DNA of 64,000 nt from an uncultured Gemmatimonadales bacterium (GCA_963798915.1 CAWCVB010000005.1:249291-313290), one strand, 5' to 3'. Positions 39,692 through 49,884 are shown, counted from the stretch's first letter. Numbers and translations: made by a program. The notes: a model not told the origin generated them from the sequence alone.

Positions 39692-40743
39692 GACCTTCCC
39701 TGCGTGCGCTGGTCCTTCTCGCACTGGCTGCCTGCGGCTCGGCCGACACCGGTGACGAGGCCGCGCAGACCGGCGCCGCACTGGTGCCTGTTCACTTTGC
39801 CGTGGTGGTGCGCGACTCCATCAGCGAAACGCTGCTGTTCACCGGACGGCTCTCCGCCCGCCCCGGCGGGGCAGTGGAGCTCACCGCGCCTGCGGCCGGG
39901 GTGGTGCGCCGGGTCTCAGCGCAGATCGGCGACCGAGTCGGGCGGGGCGCGGTGGTGGCTGTCATCGACGTCCCGGAGCTCAGTGCCGATGCCGCGCAGA
40001 AGTCCGCCGCCGCATCGTTGGCGGCACGCGAATCAGCGCGGCAGGAGCAGCTGCTCGCGGATGGCATCACCTCGGCCCGCCAGGCCGAAGAAGCAGTGGC
40101 GGCGAAGCGGCAGGCCGCCGCCGCGGCGCAAGCCGCCAGCGCACTTCTCGCGCGTACCCGGCTCGTGAGCCCGCTGGCGGGCCGAATCCAGAGCGTGAAT
40201 GTGCAGGTGGGCGCGCGGGTCGAGGCGGGCGCACCCATGGCCCGGGTGGTGAACGTGGACACGCTGGACCTTACGCTGGCGATTCCCGCCAATGCGTTGT
40301 GGCGGCTCCGGCCGAAGATGGTCGCCGACATCAGCGAAGAAGGAGCTACGACGACGGTCGAGGGCTTTGTTGCCGGGATTGCGCCCGGGGTGGATTCGCT
40401 CACGGGAACCGGTACCGCCGTGATCCGGATCCCCAATCCGGATGGCGCGTTGCACCCGGGCGCTGCCGCCACCGCACGGCTCCGGCTTGGCTTGCGGCGG
40501 GATGTCCTGATTGTTCCCGATTCGGCGCTGGTGCTGGCGGGCGACAGCAGCGCCGTCTTCGTCGTCGGCGCCGATTCCGTCGCGCACCAGCGCGTGGTGC
40601 GGCCCGGTGTCCGATCCGGGGGTCGCGTGGAAGTCGAGGGCAACCTCAAGCCTGGTGACCGGGTGGTGACCGCAGGCGCCTTTGGCCTGGAAGACGGCAT
40701 GCGCGTTGGGGCGGCCCGTGACTCGACCGATTCCACGCAGTGA
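39688..40743 (+). CDS. RND efflux periplasmic adaptor (MFP)
   Basis: LAAC lipobox, APAAGVV..VGRG, SPLAG, VPDSAL, GNLKPGDRVV. Confidence 0.92.
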   Translation: MRPSLRALVLLALAACGSADTGDEAAQTGAALVPVHFAVVVRDSISETLLFTGRLSARPGGAVELTAPAAGVVRRVSAQIGDRVGRGAVVAVIDVPELSADAAQKSAAASLAARESARQEQLLADGITSARQAEEAVAAKRQAAAAAQAASALLARTRLVSPLAGRIQSVNVQVGARVEAGAPMARVVNVDTLDLTLAIPANALWRLRPKMVADISEEGATTTVEGFVAGIAPGVDSLTGTGTAVIRIPNPDGALHPGAAATARLRLGLRRDVLIVPDSALVLAGDSSAVFVVGADSVAHQRVVRPGVRSGGRVEVEGNLKPGDRVVTAGAFGLEDGMRVGAARDSTDSTQ

Positions 40744-43700
40744 AAGTTGCCGGGCATGCGCTGCGCCACCGCGCCGCAGTTCAGCTGACCGTCGTCCTGC
40801 TCGCACTGGGCGGCGTCTGGGCACTTTTCACCCTGCCAGCCGGAATCTATCCCGAGGTGACCTTTCCGCGGATCGTGGTTCTCGCCCGTGGAGGCACCTT
40901 CGAAGCGGACGAAATGACAGTGGCGGTCACCCGGCCGCTGGAACAGGTGATGACCGGCATCATCGGGCTCCGCCGCATCCGTGCTCGCACCGTCCGCGGC
41001 TCCACTGAGCTGAGCCTGGACTTTCGTCCCGGCGCCGACATGCAATTCGCGCTGAGCCAGGTGCAGGGTCGCCTGGCGTCCGAGGCGGGCGCGCTGCCGC
41101 CGGAACTCGACCTGCGCGCCGAGCGGCTCACGCCCTCGGTCTTTCCCATGCTGCAGTATGAACTGACCGGCACCAACCCGCTGGCTCTGCGTGACCTCGC
41201 GGAGTTCACCATCCGGCCCCGGCTGGCCGGCATCCAGGACGCAGGCGAGATCGAAGTGCAGGGCGGCCGGGTGCGGGAGATCAGTGTGCAGCTCGATCCC
41301 ACCCGGCTCATCGCCGCGCACGTGGGAGTTGACGAAGTGGCCCTCGCCATCGAGAACGCGGATCGCGCCGAGGCGGCGGGCCGGCTGGAGCGGGACTATC
41401 GGCAATACGCCATTATGGTCACGGGACTGACCAGCACGCCCGACGCAGTGCGCGGCGTGGTGGTCCACATGGTTGGTGATCGCCCGGTGCGGGTGGGGGA
41501 TCTCGGCTCAGTTGGCTATGGCGCGGAAGATCTGTTTCAGATCGTGGCCGGGAACGGCCAGCCGGCGGCACTGGTGAACATCGCTCGACAACCCGATGGC
41601 AACATGCTGCGGCTGCAGCAGTCGGTCCACGCTGTCATGGACTCGATCCGACCCGAACTACCTGTCGGTGTGCGGCTGCAGCCGGTCTATGACCAGGCCG
41701 CACTGGTGCGGGAATCCATGAAGAGCGTTCGGGACGCCATCCTGCTGGGCGGTGCGCTGGCGGTCATCGTGCTTCTGTTGTTTCTGGGGGAGTGGCGCAC
41801 TACGCTCGCCGCGGCCCTCTCCCTTCCGCTCACGGTGGCCATCACACTGCTCGGCTTGGCTGTGGCCGGCGACTCGCTCAACCTGATGAGCCTGGGCGGT
41901 CTTGCCGTGGCGATCGGCATCATCATTGACGATGCCGTCGTGGTGGTCGAGAACATCCAGCGGCGCCTGGCGCTGCATCCCGATCTCCCGCCCATTGATG
42001 TCATCCGCGACGGTACCGACGAGATATTCGGTCCGGTGGCGGGCTCCACGCTGACGACGGTGGTAGTCTTCGCACCCCTCGGCCTGCTCACTGGCGTGGT
42101 GGGAGAGTTCTTTCGCTCGTTCGCGCTCGCGCTTGCCATCGCCGTGCTGCTCTCGCTGGTTCTCGCCATCACTCTTATTCCAATCGTCGCCGGGCGACTG
42201 CTTTCCCGCGTGCGGGATGCATCAGGGGCCAGCCGGAAACCGCTGCCCAGCATTCCCCTGGCCCGGACCGAAGCACGCTATGGCCGCACCATAGGCTGGG
42301 TGCTGGCGCACCGCGCGGTGGCCATCGGCGCCGCGATGGCACTCTTGGTCATCTCGCTGGGGCTGACACGGGTCATGGGCACCGGGTTCCTCCCCGAAAT
42401 GGACGAGGGGGGATTCATCCTCGATTACCGTGCGCCCGCCGGCGGCGCCCTCAACGAAACCGACCGGCAGATGAAGATCATCGAAGGAATTCTTCGGGCC
42501 GATCCCGATATCCAGGCGTTCACCCGCCGCACCGGCAGCGAACTGGGCTTTGCGGCGACGGCGCCCAACACCGGCGACTTCACTGTGCTGCTCAAGCCCC
42601 GGGGCGTCCGCCGGGCTTCCGTCTATAAGGTGATGGATCGGGTCCGTGCGGCGGCGGAGACATCGGCACCCGCAGTCGAGGTGGAGTTTGTCCAGCTCAT
42701 GCAGGATGTGATCGGCGACCTGGCCGGGTCGCCCGAGCCGCTGGAGCTCAAGCTCTTCAGCCGGGACCACGTCGCGTCCCAGCGCGCGGCGGTCGCGGTG
42801 GCGCATGCCATCGAGACAACGCCGGGCCTGGTGGACCTGTTCGATGGGGTACAGGGGCCCAATCCCGAAGTCAGGATCGAGTTGGATCCGCTGCGGGTCA
42901 GCCGGCTCGGACTTACTGGCGCCGATGTTGATGCGCAGGCGCGCTCGGCGTTGTTCGGCGCCGAGGCTGGCACCGCGCGAGAGCCCGACCGGCTGGTGCC
43001 CATCCGGGTGCGGCTGCCGGACAGCGTCCGATACCAGCCCGACGTGGTGCGGCATCTGCCAATCGTTGGACCGAACGGCTGGCTCCCGCTCGGCGCCCTC
43101 GGAACCGTGAGCGACACCGTCGGCTCCAGCGAACTGCTGCGGGAAAACCTGCGACCCTACGTGGCCGTCACCGGCCGCACCAGCGGCCGGAGCCTCGGCA
43201 GCGTCATTGCCGATGTGCGCCGCGCACTGCGCGGGGTGACGCTGCCAGCCGGCGTGTCACTGGAGATCGGTGGCCAGTATGCCAGCCAGCAGGCGGCCTT
43301 CCGCGAACTGCTCGGCGTGCTGGCCCTCGCGCTCGGTGCCGTGCTGCTGGTGCTGGTGATCCAGTTCGAGAGCTTCCGAGGGCCGCTTGCGATCGTCCTC
43401 GCCGTGCCGCTCGGGCTGACCGGGGCCGTGCTGGTGCTCGCGGCGACGGGCGTGCCGTTCAACGTTTCCAGCTTCATGGGTGTGATCCTGCTGGTGGGAC
43501 TCATCGTGAAGAACGGGATCCTGCTGCTCGATGCTGCCCGGCACGCCGCCCGTGACGGCGCACCGCCCGGGGAGGCGCTCATCATTGCCGGGCGGGTGCG
43601 TCTCCGCCCCATTCTCATGACTACCGTCTGTACCCTGGCGGGGCTGGTGCCGTTGGCCCTGGGGCTGGGAGCCGGTGCCGAACTGCAGCGGCCGCTGGCG

Positions 43701-43802
43701 CTCGCAGTGATCGGCGGATTGCTGGTGTCCACGCTGGTGACCCTGCTGGTGGTGCCGGTTCTGCTCGCGAGCTTCGGCGCGCTCCGGCCGCAGCATGATT
43801 GA
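40740..43802 (+). CDS. RND efflux permease (AcrB/CusA superfamily)
   Basis: NLMSLGGLAVAIGIIIDDAVVVVEN, FLPEMDEG, VKNGILL, RLRPILMT. Confidence 0.95.
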   Translation: MKVAGHALRHRAAVQLTVVLLALGGVWALFTLPAGIYPEVTFPRIVVLARGGTFEADEMTVAVTRPLEQVMTGIIGLRRIRARTVRGSTELSLDFRPGADMQFALSQVQGRLASEAGALPPELDLRAERLTPSVFPMLQYELTGTNPLALRDLAEFTIRPRLAGIQDAGEIEVQGGRVREISVQLDPTRLIAAHVGVDEVALAIENADRAEAAGRLERDYRQYAIMVTGLTSTPDAVRGVVVHMVGDRPVRVGDLGSVGYGAEDLFQIVAGNGQPAALVNIARQPDGNMLRLQQSVHAVMDSIRPELPVGVRLQPVYDQAALVRESMKSVRDAILLGGALAVIVLLLFLGEWRTTLAAALSLPLTVAITLLGLAVAGDSLNLMSLGGLAVAIGIIIDDAVVVVENIQRRLALHPDLPPIDVIRDGTDEIFGPVAGSTLTTVVVFAPLGLLTGVVGEFFRSFALALAIAVLLSLVLAITLIPIVAGRLLSRVRDASGASRKPLPSIPLARTEARYGRTIGWVLAHRAVAIGAAMALLVISLGLTRVMGTGFLPEMDEGGFILDYRAPAGGALNETDRQMKIIEGILRADPDIQAFTRRTGSELGFAATAPNTGDFTVLLKPRGVRRASVYKVMDRVRAAAETSAPAVEVEFVQLMQDVIGDLAGSPEPLELKLFSRDHVASQRAAVAVAHAIETTPGLVDLFDGVQGPNPEVRIELDPLRVSRLGLTGADVDAQARSALFGAEAGTAREPDRLVPIRVRLPDSVRYQPDVVRHLPIVGPNGWLPLGALGTVSDTVGSSELLRENLRPYVAVTGRTSGRSLGSVIADVRRALRGVTLPAGVSLEIGGQYASQQAAFRELLGVLALALGAVLLVLVIQFESFRGPLAIVLAVPLGLTGAVLVLAATGVPFNVSSFMGVILLVGLIVKNGILLLDAARHAARDGAPPGEALIIAGRVRLRPILMTTVCTLAGLVPLALGLGAGAELQRPLALAVIGGLLVSTLVTLLVVPVLLASFGALRPQHD

Positions 43803-43844
43803 TCGATTCACTCTTCATCTTCCGCGAGGCGTCCGATGGGTTCA

Positions 43845-44876
43845 ATGAAACAGATCGCGCTGACGCTCCTGGTTCCGGTCATCATGGCGTCGGCGGTGCA
43901 GGGGCAGCAGGCACGACCGGCTGCTTATCACATCGTGCGGCAGATATCCGTGCCCGGCGACGGCGGCTGGGACTACCTGGCCTACGATCCCGGCACGCAT
44001 CACCTCTTTGTGAGCCACGGAACCGAGGTAGCCGTGGTCAACCCGGACAGCGGAACCGTTGCGGGGAGGATTCCGGACACTCCCGGTGTGCACGGTATCG
44101 CCTTCGCGCCGGACCTCAACCGAGGGTACGTGAGCGATGGACGGGATACCACCGTGACGGTGTTCGATCTCCACTCTCTGGCGGTGCTGCAACGGGTCCA
44201 TGTCACCGGCGCGAACCCCGACGCCATCATGTACGAGCCGACGACGCACCGGGTCTTCACCTTCAATGGCCGGGGCGACAACGCGACGGCGCTCGACGCC
44301 CGGACCGGGGCGGTAGTCGGCACCATTGCGCTGGGCGGTAAACCGGAGTTCGCGGTCGCCGATGGCCACGGCGGGGTATTCGTCAACATCGAAGACCAGG
44401 GCGAAATCGTGGCGTTTGATGCCAGCACGCTCAGTGAACGGGCTCGCTGGACCCTGCCAGGCTGCGAGGAGCCATCCGGGCTCGCCTACGATGCCGCGCA
44501 CGGAAGGCTGTTCTCGGCCTGCGGCAACGGGCGGATGGTGATCCTCGATTCGAAATCCGGGAAACTCGTGGCGAGCATCCCGATCGGGGACGGGGTGGAC
44601 GCCGCACGCTTTGACGCCGCCACCGGACTGGCCTTCGCTTCCAACGGCGAAGGGACGCTGACCGTGATCCACGAGGAGACGCCCGACAGCTTCCGGGTCA
44701 TCGAAAGCGTGCAGACCCAGCCGGGCGCTCGCACCATGGAGCTGGATCCCGTCACCCACCGCGTCTTTCTGAGCGTGGCGTCGTTCGGGCCAGCCCCTGC
44801 GGCCACCGCGCAGCAGCCGAGGCCCCGGCGGACCTTGGTGCCGGGCTCTTTCCGGGTGCTGGTCCTGGCGCCTTGA
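43845..44876 (+). CDS. Secreted YncE/YVTN-like beta-propeller protein
   Basis: Signal peptide; GDGGWDYL, GVHGIA, NPDAI, GARTMELD; alternative start 43836. Confidence 0.85.
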   Translation: MKQIALTLLVPVIMASAVQGQQARPAAYHIVRQISVPGDGGWDYLAYDPGTHHLFVSHGTEVAVVNPDSGTVAGRIPDTPGVHGIAFAPDLNRGYVSDGRDTTVTVFDLHSLAVLQRVHVTGANPDAIMYEPTTHRVFTFNGRGDNATALDARTGAVVGTIALGGKPEFAVADGHGGVFVNIEDQGEIVAFDASTLSERARWTLPGCEEPSGLAYDAAHGRLFSACGNGRMVILDSKSGKLVASIPIGDGVDAARFDAATGLAFASNGEGTLTVIHEETPDSFRVIESVQTQPGARTMELDPVTHRVFLSVASFGPAPAATAQQPRPRRTLVPGSFRVLVLAP

Positions 44877-45066
44877 CGGCCGGCAGCCAGGGCGTGAGCG
44901 CCTGGCACTGGATGTCATAGAACGTGCCCTGCGATCGATGCCAAGGCTGGGCCCAGCGTTCGACCAGATGCGTGATGGGTTATGGCGTGATCAGGAAGTG
45001 ACAGATGTGCTGTGGGCTACGAGCTATGCGCAGTGCGACGATAAAGCGCGTAGCTCGCAGCACACA

Positions 45067-45140
45067 CGGGCCCGGCGAGATTCGAACTCACGACCTCTTG
45101 CTCCGGAGGCAAGCGCTCTATCCAGCTGAGCTACGGGCCC
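45067..45140 (-). tRNA. tRNA-Arg (CCG)
   Basis: - strand GGGCCCGTAGCTCAGCTGGATAGAGCGCTTGCCTCCGGAGCAAGAGGTCGTGAGTTCGAATCTCGCCGGGCCCG; cloverleaf, anticodon CCG, CCA not encoded. Confidence 0.97.
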
Positions 45141-45414
45141 TGGGGAGCGGAAAGGTCGTCACCGCAAGCGCTTTGCGCAAGCGGCCGCGAGGGCGCCCTC
45201 GGCAGGTCGTCTGCGAAGCCGGCCCGGCCTCGATTCACGGCCTCCCCTTCTGCCGCATGTTTCGCTGGTGGACGCGCCGCGAGACATCACCGCATTCCCC
45301 GACCATGCCGCCAGTGATAATTGTCACGGCGCCACGCACGCCGAGGTCGCAGCTTACCCACTTGTCCGGTCACCACAGACCGGACGCCCGGGTCCCTTCT
45401 GCCCCTTGAGGTGC

Positions 45415-46224
45415 ATGATGCATATATCCTATTCACGACTCACCCTGGGACTTGTCGCCTCAGCGACCCTGGCGGCCTGCGCCGGCAACCCCTCGCCTGA
45501 AGACACGGCGGCCGCCGATACCACCGCTCCCAATGCCGGCGTCATGGCCGCTCCGTCCCCGGATACGACCAGGCGCGATACCACGATCATCACGCGCGAC
45601 ACCAGTCAGGCCATGCCTGCCGACTCCGCCATGGTGCCCCCAACAGATACGACCATGATGCCACCGGCGCGTGATACATCGGCCATGGTGTCGCCCACCG
45701 ACACAGCGGCAATGCCGCCACTCCAGGACACCACCGCCATGCCGGCGGACACCAGCATGGCCATGGCGGCCAGCGGTGCTGCCGTGACGGCCAAGATGGA
45801 AGGTGCCGCCGGGCGCGATCTGGGCACCCTCACGCTGACCGAGTCAGGGGGCGGCATTGCGGTATCCGGACAGCTCGTCGGCCTCCCTCCGGGAGAACAT
45901 GGATTCCATGTCCACGCCGTCGGCAAGTGCGAAGGTCCGTCCTTCGAATCCGCCGGAGCGCACTGGAATCCGACCAACAAGGCGCACGGCACCGATAACC
46001 CGGCCGGTCCCCACCTGGGCGACCTGCAGAACTTGACTGTGGGAGACGATAGCTCGGTGACTGTGCACGCCACCACGCCGAGTGGCACCCTGCATGGCGA
46101 AAACCCCCTGCTGGATGGCGATGGAGCAGCGATCGTGATTCACGCTGCGGCGGACGACTACCAGAGCAATCCCGCCGGAAACTCCGGCAAGCGGATCGCC
46201 TGCGGCGTGGTGCAGGGGAGCTGA
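45415..46224 (+). CDS. sodC: Cu/Zn superoxide dismutase lipoprotein with repetitive N-terminal linker
   Basis: LAAC lipobox; HGFHVH, GAHWNP, HG, PHLGDL, VIH, GNSGKRIACG. Confidence 0.93.
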   Translation: MMHISYSRLTLGLVASATLAACAGNPSPEDTAAADTTAPNAGVMAAPSPDTTRRDTTIITRDTSQAMPADSAMVPPTDTTMMPPARDTSAMVSPTDTAAMPPLQDTTAMPADTSMAMAASGAAVTAKMEGAAGRDLGTLTLTESGGGIAVSGQLVGLPPGEHGFHVHAVGKCEGPSFESAGAHWNPTNKAHGTDNPAGPHLGDLQNLTVGDDSSVTVHATTPSGTLHGENPLLDGDGAAIVIHAAADDYQSNPAGNSGKRIACGVVQGS

Positions 46225-46332
46225 ATCCGCTCTGCCAAGGGGCGCTCCGTCGGGTCTCCGGTGGCGCCTGCGGATCCGGTTTGGGCAGGACGACAGGGAC
46301 CAGATTGAATCTGATATGAGGGAGGTCATCCC

Positions 46333-46995
46333 ATGTTGCTGGATTATTGCCATCACAAGACCCAGGCAGCCTTCGCCGTCATGGCGGCACTGATCGCCGT
46401 CACTGGCTGCTCGAATAATCGGCAGGATGCCGCCGCCAGGGCGAGCGATAGCGTCAGCATGGCGGCACCGGCGGCCGATAGCACGACCGGCATGGCCGGC
46501 GTGCAGCTCAATGACGCCAAGATCGCCGACATTGCCGTCACCGCCAATTCGCTTGACAGCGCCGCTGGCGCGCTCGCGCTGAAGCAGGCCCAGAGCAAAG
46601 CTGTCAAGGACTTTGCCCAGACCATGATCCACGATCACTCGGCGGCGAACCGGAAGGCCGAGCAGCTGGCGACCGAGCTCAACCTGTCGCCGGAAGGCAA
46701 CAAAGTCAGCGATCAGCTCAAGGACGAGGCCGACAACGCAACCTCCGATCTCAAGGACCTGAAGGGCGCGGCGTTCGACCGGGCCTACATGGATCACGAA
46801 ATTGCCGTGCATACGTCGGTGCTGGCGTCGCTGGACAATACGCTCATTCCCGGCGCCGGGAACGCCGAGCTGAAGCAGTTCCTGAGTTCCATCCGGCCGA
46901 CCATCGCCGGGCACCTTGCCCGCGCCAAGTCAGTGAGGAAGGATCTCGGCGGGACCGACTCGCCCAGCGCTCGGGATTCAGCCCGGATGCCATAG
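46333..46995 (+). CDS. DUF4142 domain lipoprotein
   Basis: VTGC lipobox; VKDFAQTMIHDH, GAAFDRAYMDHEIAVH. Confidence 0.85.
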   Translation: MLLDYCHHKTQAAFAVMAALIAVTGCSNNRQDAAARASDSVSMAAPAADSTTGMAGVQLNDAKIADIAVTANSLDSAAGALALKQAQSKAVKDFAQTMIHDHSAANRKAEQLATELNLSPEGNKVSDQLKDEADNATSDLKDLKGAAFDRAYMDHEIAVHTSVLASLDNTLIPGAGNAELKQFLSSIRPTIAGHLARAKSVRKDLGGTDSPSARDSARMP

Positions 46996-47055
46996 GCTTG
47001 TACCGGAGCCGCGCAGCGCCGAAGCGGTGCTGCGCGGTCGTGGCAACTGGTCGGC

Positions 47056-47084
47056 TTGACATTACATGTTATAACAGCTATCTT
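47056..47084 (+). promoter_or_regulatory. Sigma70 promoter with embedded palindromic operator; leaderless MarR gene
   Basis: TTGACA-17-TATCTT, 6 nt before ATG 47091; TGTTATAACA at 47067-47076. Confidence 0.8.
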
Positions 47085-47090
47085 CTGGGC

Positions 47091-47552
47091 ATGTCGCTTC
47101 AGGCCGAGATCAAGCAGACCCGCCCATTTCCCAGCCGCGCCGCCGAGGCGTTGTTGAGCATTCTGCGGACCGCGGCGGTGCTGGAACACGATCTCACCGA
47201 TGCGCTCCGGCCATTTGGCATCACGCCGACCCAGCACAACGTGCTCCGGATCCTGAGGGGTGCGGGTGCCGATGGACTGTGCGGCCGGGAGATTGCGGAA
47301 CGGCTGGTGGCCAGCGTGCCCGACGTCCCAAGACTGCTGGAACGGCTGGATGCCATGAAGCTCATCGTGCGGGAGCGGGACCCGGAGGACCGACGTCACG
47401 TGACCGCGCGCGTTACGCCCGCGGGCCTGAAGCTGCTCACGCTGGTGACACCGGAACTCGAGGCGGTGGAGCGGCGGCGGGCCGGCCGGCTGAGCGACCG
47501 GACCCTGCGGGCACTGATCAGCAGCCTGGAGGCGATCCGCGAAGGCGGGTGA
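47091..47552 (+). CDS. MarR family transcriptional regulator
   Basis: GITPTQHNVLRILRG, VPDVPRLLERL, RERDPEDRR, VTPAG. Confidence 0.92.
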   Translation: MSLQAEIKQTRPFPSRAAEALLSILRTAAVLEHDLTDALRPFGITPTQHNVLRILRGAGADGLCGREIAERLVASVPDVPRLLERLDAMKLIVRERDPEDRRHVTARVTPAGLKLLTLVTPELEAVERRRAGRLSDRTLRALISSLEAIREGG

Positions 47553-47570
47553 CCGATTTTCCTGAAGTGA

Positions 47571-47585
47571 TACGTGTTATAACAG
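47571..47585. promoter_or_regulatory. Second copy of the putative MarR operator, upstream of doxX
   Basis: TACGTGTTATAACAG versus TACATGTTATAACAG at 47063-47077. Confidence 0.78.
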
Positions 47586-47619
47586 TGACAGTGATAACGT
47601 TTAACAGGGGCGGTGTGAT

Positions 47620-48177
47620 ATGTCGGTTTCTATTGCGGTAAGCGCGGGGTCACTGAGTGTCGGCCTCCTGCTGGCGCGTCTGGTGTTCGGGGGCCTGATG
47701 ACAGCCCATGGTTCCCAGAAGCTGCTGGGCTGGTTCGGCGGGCACGGTCTCGCGGGCACCGGCGCCTTCTTCGAGTCCCTGGGTTTTCGTCCCGGCCGGT
47801 TGTTTGCCACCGCGGCCGCCGTCTCCGAGATGGCCAGCGGTATCCTCCTGCTGCTCGGCCTGCTTGGGCCGGTCGGCCCCGCACTGATGGTTTCGGTGAT
47901 GATCGTCGCCGCCGGCAGCGTGCACTGGAAGAACGGGCTCTTTGCGATGTCGAATGGCATCGAGGTCCCATTGCTGTACGGCACCGGCGCGGTCGCGCTG
48001 GGACTGACCGGTCCGGGTGGGCTCTCAATTGACGCGCTGCTGGGACTGGGAGCGATGTGGACGCCGGTCGTCAGCGGCGGCGTGCTCGCGCTGGGCATCA
48101 TTGGTGGCTTTGCAAATCTGGCACTACGACACCGGCTCTCCCTCACGCCAGGTCGCCACGAGCCGCAGACCACGTGA
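47620..48177 (+). CDS. DoxX family membrane protein
   Basis: HGSQKLLGWFGG, VHWKNG, GIEVPL, GPGGLSID. Confidence 0.92.
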   Translation: MSVSIAVSAGSLSVGLLLARLVFGGLMTAHGSQKLLGWFGGHGLAGTGAFFESLGFRPGRLFATAAAVSEMASGILLLLGLLGPVGPALMVSVMIVAAGSVHWKNGLFAMSNGIEVPLLYGTGAVALGLTGPGGLSIDALLGLGAMWTPVVSGGVLALGIIGGFANLALRHRLSLTPGRHEPQTT

Positions 48178-48447
48178 GCCTGGGTGATCGCCGCTTCCTC
48201 TTGTGCGGAGACAGGAAGCGGCGACCCACCGGCGAAGGTGAGTGCATGAAAGCTACTGACTGACGGAGACCGCTGGATCGGGGGCAGGCGGCCCACTTGC
48301 GACTGCCTGCCCCCACGCACGTCCTGCCGCGTGACGGGATCGCCCTGGCCGGGCACGACGGCTCGTGCACGTCGGGAGTCGTGGCTATCATGCCAAGGTT
48401 GAAGACGCGCGTGCACATTTGACGTGATCCGGAAGGCGGAGATGAGC

Positions 48448-49812
48448 ATGGCGATCGTATCGGTGAACCCGGCCACAGGTGACGCCATTCAGGCCTATGA
48501 CGAGATGACTGCGGAGCAAGTCGCATCCGCGGTCGAGGATGCCAACGACGCCTGGGGCGACTGGCGCTCCGCGAGTTTCGGGGATCGAGCGGCGGTGATG
48601 CAGGGAACCGCCAGGATGCTCAGGGATCGCAAGGATGCCTTGGCTCGCCTCATGGCGCTGGAAATGGGCAAGCCACTGGCGCAAGGCGTCGCCGAGGCCG
48701 AGAAGTGCGCCTGGGTGTGCGAGTACTACGCGGAGCACGGCGAGGCCCAACTTGCGCCCGACCGGGTAGGCACCGAGGCCGCCAGGTCCTACGTTGCCTT
48801 CCAGCCGCTGGGCGTGGTGCTTGCCATCATGCCATGGAACTTTCCACTCTGGCAGGTCTACCGGTTTGCCGCCCCGGCGCTCATGGCCGGTAACGCCGGC
48901 GTGCTCAAGCACGCGTCGAACGTGCCGGGCTGCGCGCTCGCCATCGAGGAGATCTTCGTACGTGCCGGTGCGCCGCCGGGATTGTTCCGGACGCTGCTCA
49001 TCGGCAGCGATCAGGTGAAGAGCGTGATCGAACATCCACTGGTTCGCGCCGTGACGCTTACCGGGAGCACACCGGCGGGCCGGGCCGTCGCCAGCCAGGC
49101 GGGTGCAGTGCTCAAGAAGACAGTGCTCGAGCTTGGCGGCTCAGATCCCTACCTCGTGCTCGAGGATGCGGACCTTGACCTCGCGGCGGAGACCTGTGCT
49201 CGGTCCCGCCTCATCAACAGCGGCCAGAGCTGCATCGCGGCCAAGCGGTTCATTGTGGTCGGTGCGGTGCTGAAGGCCTTCACCGAGCGGTTGGTCTCGC
49301 GCATGGGCGCCCGGCGGGTAGGGAATCCTCTGGACGATGGAGTGGATGTCGGACCGCAGGCGCGCGAAGACCTGCGTGATGCGCTGCATCGGCAGGTGAC
49401 GTCCTCCGTCGAGCGTGGCGCCACGCTGGCGTTGGGCGGGCGCGTTCCCGACCAGCCCGGCGCGTTCTATCCGCCGACGGTGCTCACGGGGGTGACTCCC
49501 GGCATGCCGGCCTTCGATGAGGAGACGTTCGGTCCGGTGGCAGCCATCATCCCGGCGCAGGACGAGGCGGATGCAATCCGCCTGGCCAATCATTCGCACT
49601 TCGGGCTGGGGGCCGCGGTCTTCACCCGCGACCCGGACCGGGGCGAACGGATTGCGCTCAGGCTGGAAGCGGGCGCCACCTTTGTGAATGCACTGGTCGC
49701 CTCCGATCCGCGCCTCCCCTTTGGGGGGATCAAGCAGTCCGGCTATGGCCGCGAGTTGGGCAGCTATGGCATCCGCGAGTTTGTCAACGTGAAGACAGTC
49801 CAGGTGCATTGA
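48448..49812 (+). CDS. NAD(P)-dependent succinate-semialdehyde dehydrogenase-like aldehyde dehydrogenase
   Basis: IMPWNFP, LKHASNVP, LTGST, LELGGSDP, GQSCIAAKRF, EETFGPV, PFGGIKQSGYGREL. Confidence 0.93.
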   Translation: MAIVSVNPATGDAIQAYDEMTAEQVASAVEDANDAWGDWRSASFGDRAAVMQGTARMLRDRKDALARLMALEMGKPLAQGVAEAEKCAWVCEYYAEHGEAQLAPDRVGTEAARSYVAFQPLGVVLAIMPWNFPLWQVYRFAAPALMAGNAGVLKHASNVPGCALAIEEIFVRAGAPPGLFRTLLIGSDQVKSVIEHPLVRAVTLTGSTPAGRAVASQAGAVLKKTVLELGGSDPYLVLEDADLDLAAETCARSRLINSGQSCIAAKRFIVVGAVLKAFTERLVSRMGARRVGNPLDDGVDVGPQAREDLRDALHRQVTSSVERGATLALGGRVPDQPGAFYPPTVLTGVTPGMPAFDEETFGPVAAIIPAQDEADAIRLANHSHFGLGAAVFTRDPDRGERIALRLEAGATFVNALVASDPRLPFGGIKQSGYGRELGSYGIREFVNVKTVQVH

Positions 49813-49884
49813 CTCCACGGTGCGGCCGGCTCACCGCGTCGGCGGCGCGCCAGTCCGCAGGCGCTGCGGTGGCAGATTGGCAGG

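Noticed and set aside
46274..46281. ATCCGGTT upstream of the DUF4142 gene as a fourth ECF promoter
   Set aside because: No GGGAACT at the required distance
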